DNA of 64,000 nt, taken from an uncultured delta proteobacterium (GTDB lineage Bacteria; Desulfobacterota; Zymogenia; Zymogenales; Zymogenaceae). Within the stretch, counting starts at the first letter, position 1; each line of letters opens with the position of its first letter. Below, piece by piece: positions 10,044-19,840 of this stretch. The notes below the pieces were generated by a model. The model was not told where the DNA came from, did no database searches, and was given only the letters and a program-made list of their open reading frames with translations. The stretch covers positions 672,001 to 736,000 of the forward strand of contig CAVTLK010000001.1 of NCBI GenBank assembly GCA_963735595.1. Direction: 5' to 3'. The translations under genes and the position numbers were made by a program.

Positions 10044-13000
10044 TATAGCCACCCTCCTTTCACCTTTTCAACATTAACCAGGAAGGCCTTGCTCTCGGGA
10101 ATTGAGGTGTTTGGGTCACCGATAGTCGACGTGAGCAGATTGGCCGAGTCGCCGAACGTGTAGACCTCCGGCTTGGGCACGGCAGGATCGCTGCTCTGCC
10201 CCTCCTCGGTGGTCCGCCACCCGAAGTGCCACGGGATACCGACCTGATGGAGCTCGACGTTGTCACCGAGTTTAAACGGTTTAAACCGCTTGGTCACGAT
10301 GGCAACGGCCACTATTTCGCCCCTGGCCGACGAGACCTTAACCCGGTCACCCCCTTCGATCCCCTTCATCTCCGCGAGCTCTTCGCTCATCTCTACAAAA
10401 TTTCCCGGCTGCATCTCTGCCAGCCAGGGCTGCCAGCGCGTCATAAGCCCGGTCTGCCAGTGTTCCGTAACGCGGTACGTAGTCGCCAGAATCGGGTACT
10501 TCGGATCGCAGGTGCCGGCGTAAACGTCGACGTCGCTGCCGACTTCCGGTCTATCGTAGCGGCGGATGACGGGACTGATGAGCTGTTTGGGATTGAGCAG
10601 GTTTGCCGGCACGGGACACTCGACAGGCTCATAGTGCACCGGGAACGGGCCGTCGGCAAGGCCGGGGCCGAATATCGATGCTACGCCCTCTTTCTGCATG
10701 ATGAAGGGGAGCCTCCCATCCGGGTTGGTGGACCCGTCGGCCTTTTTGAGCGGCGGATAATTCCCGTCGATGACATCCCCAACCCACTTGTCTCCGGCCC
10801 AGCGGACGACCGGCTTTGCCGGCGCCCACGGCTTGCCGGTGGGATCGACCGATGCGCGGTTGTAGATGATCCTCCGGTTGACGGGCCAGGACCATGCCCA
10901 TTTCGGGAAAAGACCGATGCCCGACGTATCCGTGTTGTTCCTTCGGGCGGAGTTGTTGCCGTCCGCGTTGTAGGACTGGGAATAGACCCAGCTACCGCTG
11001 GAGGTGGAACCGTCGTCCTGGAGCATTACGAACGAAGGCACGAGGTCCCCCTTCTTATACTGCTTGTCCTTGATGACTGTATCGTCGAGGAAGTATCCGT
11101 TTATCTCTTTGGCCACGTAGTGGCGTATCAAAGGCCTTCATCTTGCCCGAGTAGTCCTTAGGGCCGTATTCCCAGGCGAGCTTGGTGAAGGCTTCCTTCA
11201 AGACGGCGTTGTCCTTCTCCATGTGCTCCCTGACCTTGAAGAAAGAGCTCGGTATGATCTCGCCGTCGGCCATCGCCTCTCCCGGCGGATTGACCGCCTT
11301 ATAGCGCCATTGCATCCAGCGACCGGAGTTGGTGATGCTCCCCTCCTTTTCGAGGGACGCGGCGCACGGAAGCATGAAGACCTCTGTCTTGATATCGGCG
11401 GGTTCATTCCAGGACCCCGCCAGAAAGAGCCGGTCTCGTTGTCGAAGAGATTGACGTTCACGAGCCACTCGAGCTTCGCCAGGCCCTTTCTGACCTTATT
11501 CGCATGGGCACCGGAGCATGCCGGGTTCTGACCCCAGGCGAGCACACCCTTGAGTTTACCCTTGTAGGCGGCGTCCCAGATCTGCAGCCAGGAGTAGTTG
11601 ACGCCGTCGTCGGGCTTGGGGAGGTAGCCGTAGCCTCTTCGAGAGTGGCGTTCAAGCCGTAGAGCGCCCGCAGGAGACTCACCATATACTTGGGATAGTT
11701 GGATGCCCAGCTCGCGCTCAGGGGGTTGGATGGCTTGACTGCGTGATCCGGGCCGGTTGTAGGCGGCCAGCGTACGCCAGAGACGCGGTCGGCGCGGCGA
11801 GGTATCCGGGAAGAATATGGTAGAGGAGTGCCGTAGTCGGTGGAGCCCTGAACGTTGGACTCCCCCTCAGCGCGTTGACGCCGCCTCCGGCCACTCCCAT
11901 GTTGCCCAGAAGCATCTGGATGATGGACATCGCCCGGATGTTCTGGACGCCGACCGTGTGCTGCGTAAAGCCCATGGCGTACAGGATCGTCCCGGCCTTG
12001 TCGGACGCTCCCGCTCTTCGCGTACGCCTCGTAGACGGCCGATGAGCTTATCTTCGGGGGTGCCGGTAACCTGTGAGACCGTCTTCAGGCTCGTACCGGT
12101 CATACTCTTTCTTGAGCAGCTGTAAAACGCACTGCGGATCAGTAAGCGTCCGGTCTTTCATCGGGAACCCGTCCCCGCCGGCCACGAACGTCCAGGTCGC
12201 CTTATCGTATTTGCCGCCCGCCGGCGTCTCCGTCAGGCCGGAAAATACGCCGTCGTTGTCTGCCGCCAGCTTAAAGGCTGAATTGACGACAAACGACGCG
12301 TTCGTATATTCCCGGACGTATCTCAGAAGTAGAGCTTCTTTGTCGATGATATACCTGATCATACCGCCCAGAAAGGCGATATCCGATCCGGATCGGAGGG
12401 GGGCGTAGATGTGGGCCTTTGATGAAGTCTGGGTGAACCTCGGATCGACGCTGATAAGGACGGCACCGTTGTCGATAGCCCGCTGTACCCATTTGAAGGA
12501 AATCGGGTGATTTGCGGCAGCATTGCTGCCCATGACAAGAATGACGTCACTGTTCTTCAGATCGATCCAGTGATTGGTCATTGCGCCTCTACCGAACGAC
12601 TCTGCCAGAGCCGCTACCGTTGCGCTGTGTCAGATACGGGCCTGGTGTTCAATATACACCAGGCCTAACCCCCTCAGGAATTTCTGATAGACATAGCATT
12701 CTTCGTTGTCCATGGCCGCGCTGCCGACCGAGGCGACCGCGGTCGTTCGGTTGACGACCTGGCCCTTGTCGTTGGTGCGGGTGAAGCTCTCGTTGCGGGA
12801 CTTGACGATTCTCTTGGCGATCTTGTCGAGGGCCCAGTCCCACGATACCGCTTCCCATTTGTCCGAGCCGGGGGCGCGGTAGAGGGGAGTCGACAGGCGG
12901 GCGTCATTGACCGCTATCTGATAGAGCGAGCCGCCCTTCGGGCAGAGGGAACCCTCGTTGATCGGGTGATCTGGATCGCCCTCGGTGTTGATCACCGTGC

Positions 13001-13187
13001 CGTTGCGGGTATGGACGATGATTCCGCAGCCCACCGCGCAGTAGGGACAGATGGTGGTCGTCTCTGTGGCGTACAGGGTTTTCAGCGGGAGCGCCTCCGC
13101 CCGAACCGAAGCGATATTCAGGCCCAGACCTCCCACGAAGACCGTGGCGCCGGTTAGTCTAAGAAACGTACGTCTGGTAACTTCCAT
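10043..13187 (-). CDS. fdnG: Selenocysteine-containing Mo/W formate dehydrogenase alpha subunit (Tat signal); Sec UGA at 12630-12632; several indels
   Basis: TRRTFL Tat motif, CPYCAVGCG..CPKG, EHQARI-UGA-HSATVAALAESFGRGAMTNHW in frame, MGFTQHTVG, and C-terminal TTYRVTEHWQTG..PESKAFLVNV. Confidence 0.96.
12596..12614 (-). promoter_or_regulatory. Bacterial SECIS hairpin
   Basis: 15 nt after the UGA: GCGGCTCT-GGC-AGAGTCGT stem-loop with a G-containing apical loop. Confidence 0.75.
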
Positions 13188-13258
13188 GGCTCTCCTCTTT
13201 GCCTGAGTAATACTTTATTGACCGTTGACGTTCAACCCGATTGGCCAACCAAACCAAT

Positions 13259-13315
13259 AAAAAAAAGGAAGAGATACCTCCCCCTTGTCCCCATGGGAAG
13301 GTCATCTCTTCCTTT
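13259..13315 (-). terminator. Intrinsic terminator inside the fdnG leader (riboswitch expression platform)
   Basis: AAAGGAAGAGAT-G-ACCTTCCC...GGGGAGGT-ATCTCTTCC followed by T8. It lies 70 nt upstream of the fdnG ATG and downstream of the promoter. Confidence 0.88.
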
Positions 13316-13392
13316 GCAAACGGCGGGGTAAGCGATCTCTCCCTTACCCGTATCGGCTCACGGATCCCGTCGGGATCGGTGAACTCGGAAGA
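13307..13392 (-). ncRNA. Compact variant of the Moco/Wco riboswitch aptamer upstream of fdnG
   Basis: P1 TCTTCC/GGAAGA; CCGAG; P2 GTTCAC-[GATCCC GAC GGGATC]-GTGAGC; linker CGATA; P4 GGGTAAG-GGA-GAGA-TCG-CTTACCC; P5 GC-CGTTT-GC then AAAGG. Same topology as the 7351-7493 element. Confidence 0.7.
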
Positions 13393-13408
13393 TAGTATTT
13401 TCGCGAAA

Positions 13409-13437
13409 ATAATATACGGGTGGTACTAAAATGTCAA
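13409..13437 (-). promoter_or_regulatory. Sigma70-type promoter for the fdn operon
   Basis: TTGACA-17 nt-TATTAT; predicted start site near 13402, about 10 nt before the aptamer. Confidence 0.75.
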
Positions 13438-13547
13438 GAACTTAAACGCAGTACCGACCACAATAATGTGGGGGATGTGGACGGTTAATATCTCGGGCAG
13501 GCGGCCGTTTTTCTCGCGAAACTACCGCATCACGGTCGTGCCGGCGA

Positions 13548-14465
13548 TTATAGGGCCGTGAAGTCTCTGATTTCGCGGAGGACGTCGTCGATGTCATAGG
13601 GATATTCGAGACGGTAAATCCTTTCCATTTTACGAAACCAGGTCATCTGGCGTTTGGCGTACCGTCTGGTGTTTCTTTTGATGAGCGCGATCGTCTCGTC
13701 AAGGCCGAGCTTCCCCTCGAGATGGTCCACGATCTCCCGGTACCCGATTGTCTCAAGCCCGGGCGACCGGGGGCCGTACCCCATATCGAGGAGACGCTGC
13801 ACTTCGCGAACGATCCCGTCCGATATCATCAGGTCAACCCGATCATCAATCCGACGGTTGAGGGCCTCGCGTTCCATCGAAAGGCAAAAGGTGATCGCAT
13901 CGTAGCGTCTCGTTGAAAACGAGTGGCGGGCCGCCAGCTCGCTCTTGGGTATCCCCGTCAATCGGTAGATCTCCAGGGCCCGAATAAGCCGTACCCGGTC
14001 GTTTTGGCCGATATGGCCGGCCGACCGGGCGTCTACCCGCTCAAGCTCCTCCCTCAGACGGTCGGTCGAAAGTACTCCCAGCTCCTCCCGCACCATCCCC
14101 CCGTCCGGCGAACCGGGCAGCTCGAAGATACCGAAGACCAGGGCCTTGAGGTAGAGGCCCGTCCCTCCTGTCACGATCGGGACTGCCGCGTCGCCGACGA
14201 TTTCTTCGATAGCGCGGTCTGCCGCCCGTGCATAGGCCATCGCGTTATATCGGCGGTCGGGATCGATTATATCAATGAGATAGTGGGGAACCCTCTCGCG
14301 TTCGGCCGTGGTCGGCTTGGCGGTGCCGATATCGAGGTATCGGTAGACCGCCGCAGAGTCCGCCGAGACGATCCGGCCGCCGATCTGTTCCGCTATATCC
14401 GCCGCGAGGCCCGATTTGCCCGAGGCGGTGGGGCCGGTGATGATAACGATTTTCGCCAGCGTCAT
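13548..14465 (-). CDS. miaA: tRNA dimethylallyltransferase
   Basis: GPTASGKS, DIGTAKP, GGTGLY, TRRYAKRQMTWF; follows mutL. Confidence 0.97.
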   Translation of the reverse strand: MTLAKIVIITGPTASGKSGLAADIAEQIGGRIVSADSAAVYRYLDIGTAKPTTAERERVPHYLIDIIDPDRRYNAMAYARAADRAIEEIVGDAAVPIVTGGTGLYLKALVFGIFELPGSPDGGMVREELGVLSTDRLREELERVDARSAGHIGQNDRVRLIRALEIYRLTGIPKSELAARHSFSTRRYDAITFCLSMEREALNRRIDDRVDLMISDGIVREVQRLLDMGYGPRSPGLETIGYREIVDHLEGKLGLDETIALIKRNTRRYAKRQMTWFRKMERIYRLEYPYDIDDVLREIRDFTAL

Positions 14466-14542
14466 GATTCGATTTCCCGCCGCCGAACGGCATACGTTAT
14501 CCGAGACGGCCGTGACGAATACCTCGACGGTCCATCAGGCCG

Positions 14543-16327
14543 TCACGTCCTCCTGAAACGCCGCTCGATTTCCTGCCGGGTGATCCTGATCATCGTCGGC
14601 CTCCCGTGGGGACAGTGAGCGGCAAAGGGAGTATTCTCGATCTCGCCGATGAGCCCGTCTATCTCCTGGACCGAGAGGTCCCTGCCCGCCCGAACCGATC
14701 CGTGACAGGCCACGGCCTTGATCATTCGATCGACCGTCTCCTCGATTCCCGGCCGGCCGGTTTCCTCCCGGAGTTCTTCGGCAATCCCCATGACGAGGCC
14801 CCGCACGTCGGCGTCTTTGACAATCGAAGGGACGGCCGAGACCAGAAGCGTCGCGCCCCCGAATTCTTCCAGCTCAAAGCCGATCATGTTGATTTCGTCC
14901 AGATACCTGACGACGGCGGCACGGATGGGGCCGTCGAGTTCCAGGGTGATCGGGAAGAGGAGCCGCTGCTTGGCCACGGCGTTCCGGGAGCGGCCCGCCT
15001 TGATTCGCTCGTACACCACGCGCTCGTGCGCGGCGTGCTGGTCGACGAGGACCAATCCCTGTCCGTCCGAGAGGACGATGTAGGTGCCAAGGACCTGTCC
15101 CAGGAGTTTTGCACCCGGTCCTACGGCCTCCTCCATCTCTCCCGGGATCTCGGGGAAGATTTCCGCTTCTTCACCCCGGGGATACAAATCGGCCGGCGCC
15201 GCCCCGGGGCGGTCGGAGAGAGAGGCCCAGAGGTCCATCGCCTCCCGTATCGATCCCTCGGCAGGCCTTTGGACGTCGCGTTCGGAGTCGTAGTGGGTCG
15301 GCCTGCCAACAGAGATGGAGACTTTCGTGAGCCGCCGAACCGCCGCATCGACCGACCGGTAGACGACTCCGCCGACGAGCTTCGGATCGACGAACTTTAC
15401 CTCGCGCTTGGTCGGGTGAATATTGACGTCCACCTCCGAAAACGGGAGCTGTATGAAGATTACCGCGACCGGAAACCGCCCGCTAGTAATCAGGCCGGAA
15501 TAGGCGCGCACGATCGCCGCGGTGAGCGAATAGTCTCGCACCGGGCGGTCATTGACGAAGAGGTGTATGCCGGACTGAGTCGAGCGGGATTCTTCGGGCC
15601 GTCCGATGAGGCCCGTTGCCCTGATACCTTCTTCCTCGCCGTGCACTTCCTCCAGGTCCCGGGCGACACGCCTTCCCAGGACGTCCCCGGCCCGCTCTCT
15701 CAACGTCCCGGGCGGCGCACTGATTGCCTCCTTGCCGTCGGCCGTCAACCGGAACCGGACGTCCGGACGCGAGAGGGAGTGCTTAACGATCACGTCGTAA
15801 CCGTTGAGGTATTCGGTACGGTCGCTCTTGAGGAACTTCCGGCGCGCGGGCACCGAATAGAAGAGATCCTCCACGATAACCCGTGTGCCTTCCGGAATCC
15901 CCGCGTCCCGGACGTGCTGGACGACTCCTCCGGCGGCGACAATCTCGGTCCCGGCGTCGGCCCCGCGCTCCCGCGAGAAAAGCGTAAACCTCGATACGGA
16001 CGCGATCGAGGGGAGCGCCTCTCCCCGAAAACCGAGGGTGTGAATCGCCCCCAGGTCCTGCCTATCGGTTATCTTGCTGGTCGCATGACGCTGGAGGGCC
16101 AGCCGAACGTCGGCGGCGCTCATCCCGATCCCGTCATCCACCACGACGATACGCTGCTTACCCCCGGTTAACATCTCGATATCAATACTGCGGGCTTCGG
16201 CGTCAAGGGAGTTTTCCACGAGCTCCCTGATCACCGATGACGGGCGTTCGACGATCTCACCTGCCGCTATGAGGTTGATGAGCGTATCGGGCAACAGCTT
16301 GATTTTGGGTTGTTCGTTAACGCCCAT
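14543..16327 (-). CDS. mutL: DNA mismatch repair endonuclease MutL
   Basis: IAAGEIVERP, GFRGEAL, DQHAAHER, ACH and CPHGRP (endonuclease-type MutL). Confidence 0.98.
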   Translation of the reverse strand: MGVNEQPKIKLLPDTLINLIAAGEIVERPSSVIRELVENSLDAEARSIDIEMLTGGKQRIVVVDDGIGMSAADVRLALQRHATSKITDRQDLGAIHTLGFRGEALPSIASVSRFTLFSRERGADAGTEIVAAGGVVQHVRDAGIPEGTRVIVEDLFYSVPARRKFLKSDRTEYLNGYDVIVKHSLSRPDVRFRLTADGKEAISAPPGTLRERAGDVLGRRVARDLEEVHGEEEGIRATGLIGRPEESRSTQSGIHLFVNDRPVRDYSLTAAIVRAYSGLITSGRFPVAVIFIQLPFSEVDVNIHPTKREVKFVDPKLVGGVVYRSVDAAVRRLTKVSISVGRPTHYDSERDVQRPAEGSIREAMDLWASLSDRPGAAPADLYPRGEEAEIFPEIPGEMEEAVGPGAKLLGQVLGTYIVLSDGQGLVLVDQHAAHERVVYERIKAGRSRNAVAKQRLLFPITLELDGPIRAAVVRYLDEINMIGFELEEFGGATLLVSAVPSIVKDADVRGLVMGIAEELREETGRPGIEETVDRMIKAVACHGSVRAGRDLSVQEIDGLIGEIENTPFAAHCPHGRPTMIRITRQEIERRFRRT

Positions 16328-16381
16328 CGGTATCCTTCGCTATGGCGGGTTCCCGGCTGCGGGGTCCAGATCGCACCGCGG

Positions 16382-18088
16382 CTAGAACTCCATCCTGGAC
16401 AGTCGCCGTACGCCGAGCCTCATCGGGACAAAAAAGACCGCCAGATTCAGGGCAATAATCAGGGCCGCCGATACGATGAGGCTCGCATATTCGTACGTTC
16501 CCGGAAGCATCTGCTCCCGGAAATAGACGTAGACCGGCCGCGCCTCGATAACGATAGACAGTCCTATATAGATCAGTCCGATTATCATGTAGATGATGCC
16601 CCCAAACCCGGCGGCGATCTGGGCAACGTTCTCATAGAAGAACCGGGGATAAATCGCCCCGAGCCCCACTCCCAGCGCCGTGAGCGAGAGGCCGAACAGG
16701 AACACCGTTACGGTAGAAAGCACCATCATGAAAGGAGCCACGCCCAGAAGGATGTTGGAGGCGATTATGAGAAATTCGCCGAGGACGATTATCGGAACGA
16801 CATAGATAGAAAACTTACTCCAGAGAAACTGCCTGACCGACAGTGGTGAAGTAAAGATAATCCAGTACGCCTGCCCCTCGAGGCTCGTCGTGGGGAAGAT
16901 GAACCTCACGGCCAGGGCGGCGATTACAAATCCGGTGAGACCGAGGTTGAGAAACGCCGTAACGTCCTTGAGAAAATCGCTCGTCGCCGGGATGCTCCGT
17001 ATTGAAAAGAGATACATGACAATAAGGGAGGCTAACAGGAAGAGCTGGGACCACTGTGTCGGGTCCCTGAACAACGTCTTGATGTCCTTCACGACGACCG
17101 CCCTCCGCTCCGAATCAAGCGGAGAAAAGATGCGGTCAACGAAGCCGAAGCCACGGACACGACGTTCCGTCCCCCGATCCCGGCCCTCGGAGCTCTTCGA
17201 AAAGCCGGGGAAGTAGATGAATCGGGAAACCGCCATAACCGCGGCTGTTCCGAGGATAGCCCCGGCGACCAGGAAGATGAGGTTTTGCGTGAAGACGCCC
17301 GTCTCTTGCCCCACCATCGAATTGATCAGGTGAGAAAGCCACGTGGAGGGGAGAAACGGATACTTAGGCACCCGCAGCTCTTCCAGTGCCAGCATGAATA
17401 CCGGCTGCGAGAGCGTGCTGATATCCTCATAGAGCGACTCCGGCCTGAGGTACCGAAAGAAGAAGATGAGCCCCCCCGCGAAAACCATCCCGAGGACGGT
17501 CAGCACCTGATGGGTACGCCGTGCGGGAAAGAAACGCAACAACAGCATCGTCATGAGGGTCCCGATAGCGGCAGGGATCAATATGAACGGGATCAGGAGC
17601 AACACGATTCCTGCATAGAAGCCGACGCCCGCGCCGAAGGCGCGGCCTAAGGCAAAATATATGGGGAGGCCGAAGATGACGACCATGTAGGAGCTGTTGA
17701 CGGTGCTTTGGGCGAATTTCGCCGCAAACAGCCGGGTATGCGGTATCGGTGACGAAATCAGGAGGTCCAGGTCGCGCGAGAGGTAGAGGGCCGACAGCGA
17801 AGCGATGATATTGCTGAAAACCAGGACCGAAAAAAGCGTGAGGTTGATCATCGCCATGAGGCGATCGACGAGGATCGATCCCACCTGCGCAATATCCAAC
17901 CCGACTATCGGCTGGGGATTCAGGAGGAGGCCCAGGATTCGATAGAAAAGTATATAGTCAAGGACGATAAAAACGACCCCTCCGACGCCGAAAAAGACGA
18001 TCTTGAGGGTTTTCTCCCCGGTCGGGTTTTTGAGGTCGTTGAAGGTCGATCTGATCTTCTCGCCCCATAGGGTCATCAACTGGCTCAT
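16382..18088 (-). CDS. Putative ABC exporter permease
   Basis: About 12-14 TM segments, LYLSRDLDLLISSP and SLEGQAYWI motifs; overlaps the ABC ATPase stop. Confidence 0.85.
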   Translation of the reverse strand: MSQLMTLWGEKIRSTFNDLKNPTGEKTLKIVFFGVGGVVFIVLDYILFYRILGLLLNPQPIVGLDIAQVGSILVDRLMAMINLTLFSVLVFSNIIASLSALYLSRDLDLLISSPIPHTRLFAAKFAQSTVNSSYMVVIFGLPIYFALGRAFGAGVGFYAGIVLLLIPFILIPAAIGTLMTMLLLRFFPARRTHQVLTVLGMVFAGGLIFFFRYLRPESLYEDISTLSQPVFMLALEELRVPKYPFLPSTWLSHLINSMVGQETGVFTQNLIFLVAGAILGTAAVMAVSRFIYFPGFSKSSEGRDRGTERRVRGFGFVDRIFSPLDSERRAVVVKDIKTLFRDPTQWSQLFLLASLIVMYLFSIRSIPATSDFLKDVTAFLNLGLTGFVIAALAVRFIFPTTSLEGQAYWIIFTSPLSVRQFLWSKFSIYVVPIIVLGEFLIIASNILLGVAPFMMVLSTVTVFLFGLSLTALGVGLGAIYPRFFYENVAQIAAGFGGIIYMIIGLIYIGLSIVIEARPVYVYFREQMLPGTYEYASLIVSAALIIALNLAVFFVPMRLGVRRLSRMEF

Positions 18089-18822
18089 CGGGCGACACCG
18101 TCCTCCTCGGTGAGGGTAAAGAATATCTCCTCCAATTCCCGCGAGCTCGTGTGAGCTGCCGTCATTAAATCGTCGATAGAGCCCGCGGCTACGAGCTCCC
18201 CTTTATTGATAATTCCGATTCGGTGGCACATCTGTTCGGCGTGGGCCAGCGTGTGGGTAGACATAAAGATGGTCGTCCCGTTTCTTGAAAGGTCGGTAAA
18301 TATCTCGCCGACCAGCTTTATGCTGCGGGGGTCGAGCCCCACCATTGGCTCGTCCACGATAATTATTTCGGGGTCGTGGAGGAGCGCCTGTGCCATTACG
18401 GTCTTTTGTTTCATCCCGTGGGAATACCCCTCGATGAAATCATCGAGCCATCCTCCCATCGAGAACATATGTGATACGATCTCGATCTTCTCGTTGATCT
18501 TCGCCCGGTCCATGCCCCACAGGCTGCCGATGAACCCGAGGAATTCTCTGCCGGTCAGCTTTTCGTAGATGAAGGGTTTATCCGGGATATAGGCGCAGAT
18601 CCGGCGCGCCGCCGTTGCGTCGCGCTCCAATGGAATGTTCGAAAGGCGGATCGAGCCCGCGGAGGGCCTCAAGAGCCCGGCCATCATCTTAATGGTCGTG
18701 GTCTTGCCCGCCCCGTTGGGACCCAGGAAGCCGAAAAACTCACCGCGCCCGACGGTTAGCGTCAGGTCATTGACCGCCCTGATTCTTCCGTAATCCTTAA
18801 CGAGATGCGATAGTTCGATCAC
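18085..18822 (-). CDS. ABC transporter ATP-binding protein
   Basis: GPNGAGKTT, YSHGMKQK, IIVDEP, STH; likely GTG start at 18822. Confidence 0.95.
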   Translation of the reverse strand: MIELSHLVKDYGRIRAVNDLTLTVGRGEFFGFLGPNGAGKTTTIKMMAGLLRPSAGSIRLSNIPLERDATAARRICAYIPDKPFIYEKLTGREFLGFIGSLWGMDRAKINEKIEIVSHMFSMGGWLDDFIEGYSHGMKQKTVMAQALLHDPEIIIVDEPMVGLDPRSIKLVGEIFTDLSRNGTTIFMSTHTLAHAEQMCHRIGIINKGELVAAGSIDDLMTAAHTSSRELEEIFFTLTEEDGVAR

Positions 18823-19568
18823 GATTCCCCCTCCTGGCGTTCCATCAGCCGGCGATAGATTACCTCTCCGATCGAAAGACCGATGTCGATGAATTCCGGG
18901 CCGTATCGCCGCCCGGTTTCGGTCCGAAACGTTTCTTTGATCCGCTCTATCCCCCCGATACTCTTGTGGTATCCCGCCAGCATGCGCCCCACGTCGATAT
19001 GCGAATACTCGAGCATATCCCACAGGGTGACGATGAAGTTATCCGGGCCCCAGCGAAATTTATCGGCGTCATACAGGGAGTCGGAGATAGTCTTTGCCGT
19101 GCGATCGGCTATCGGGGTTTGCTGCCTGAAGGCCTCATGATTCCTGATGGCCCCCACGATTATCGTCCTGCGGGCGGCGTCCATCCCGTATTGTTCGAGT
19201 ATCAGGTCGGCATCCTCGGCGCTCCTCTCGGCGTGATTGGATTCCTTCCTCCGTATATCGTGCAGCAGTCCCGCCGTCTGTACGGCGATTATCGCCTCGG
19301 TTGCCTTCGGGCCGGCCTCTCGCATCTCTACGGCAACAATCGTGCCGGCATCCAGCGCCACAAGCTCCGAATGCGACAGTCCGTGCCCGATATTATCGGC
19401 CTGCCCCGACAGGTAGTCTCTATATCGCCCAACCGTCTCGTCGGTATGGTAGATACTCGTGGAGAGCTCAACGGCCGACTTATTTTCGCGATAGAAACGG
19501 GGTATACCGGCCTGCCGCCCGGCTTCCCGCGCGACGAGCCTGGCCTCGTCAATCGTAATAGGCCTCAT
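18819..19568 (-). CDS. HD-domain phosphohydrolase
   Basis: HGLSHS, GLLHDI, NHA, RNHE and LYDADK. Confidence 0.85.
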   Translation of the reverse strand: MRPITIDEARLVAREAGRQAGIPRFYRENKSAVELSTSIYHTDETVGRYRDYLSGQADNIGHGLSHSELVALDAGTIVAVEMREAGPKATEAIIAVQTAGLLHDIRRKESNHAERSAEDADLILEQYGMDAARRTIIVGAIRNHEAFRQQTPIADRTAKTISDSLYDADKFRWGPDNFIVTLWDMLEYSHIDVGRMLAGYHKSIGGIERIKETFRTETGRRYGPEFIDIGLSIGEVIYRRLMERQEGES

Positions 19569-19684
19569 TGGTCAATGATACAGGAATCACCACGCCGCTG
19601 TCAATGGCCGGCCGTAGTTTCGATTGCGGATTGCCGGAGATTATGGTAGTATATATTTACTACCTCATTGAGGGAGGCGATAAG

Positions 19685-19840
19685 ATGACTGGAAAGATGA
19701 AAAAGGCCCTTCTTGCCCTCATGATCGTCATCACGTTGGGGGCAGGCTTCGGCTGCGCGACGGCGTCCGTGGGATTCGGATACCACGTCCCCGTCACGTC
19801 CCGCTTTGGAACCGGGGTCTATTTCGGCTTCGGTTTTTAG
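19685..19840 (+). CDS. Small putative lipoprotein (51 aa)
   Basis: GGGAGG RBS; MKK plus hydrophobic core plus GFG-C lipobox-like site; fills the gap between two minus-strand genes. Confidence 0.7.
   Translation: MTGKMKKALLALMIVITLGAGFGCATASVGFGYHVPVTSRFGTGVYFGFGF

Noticed and set aside
1..12581. hyp/hyd/fdn genes as pseudogenes
   Set aside because: Catalytic motifs, promoters and leaders are intact, and the same error type occurs in essential genes.
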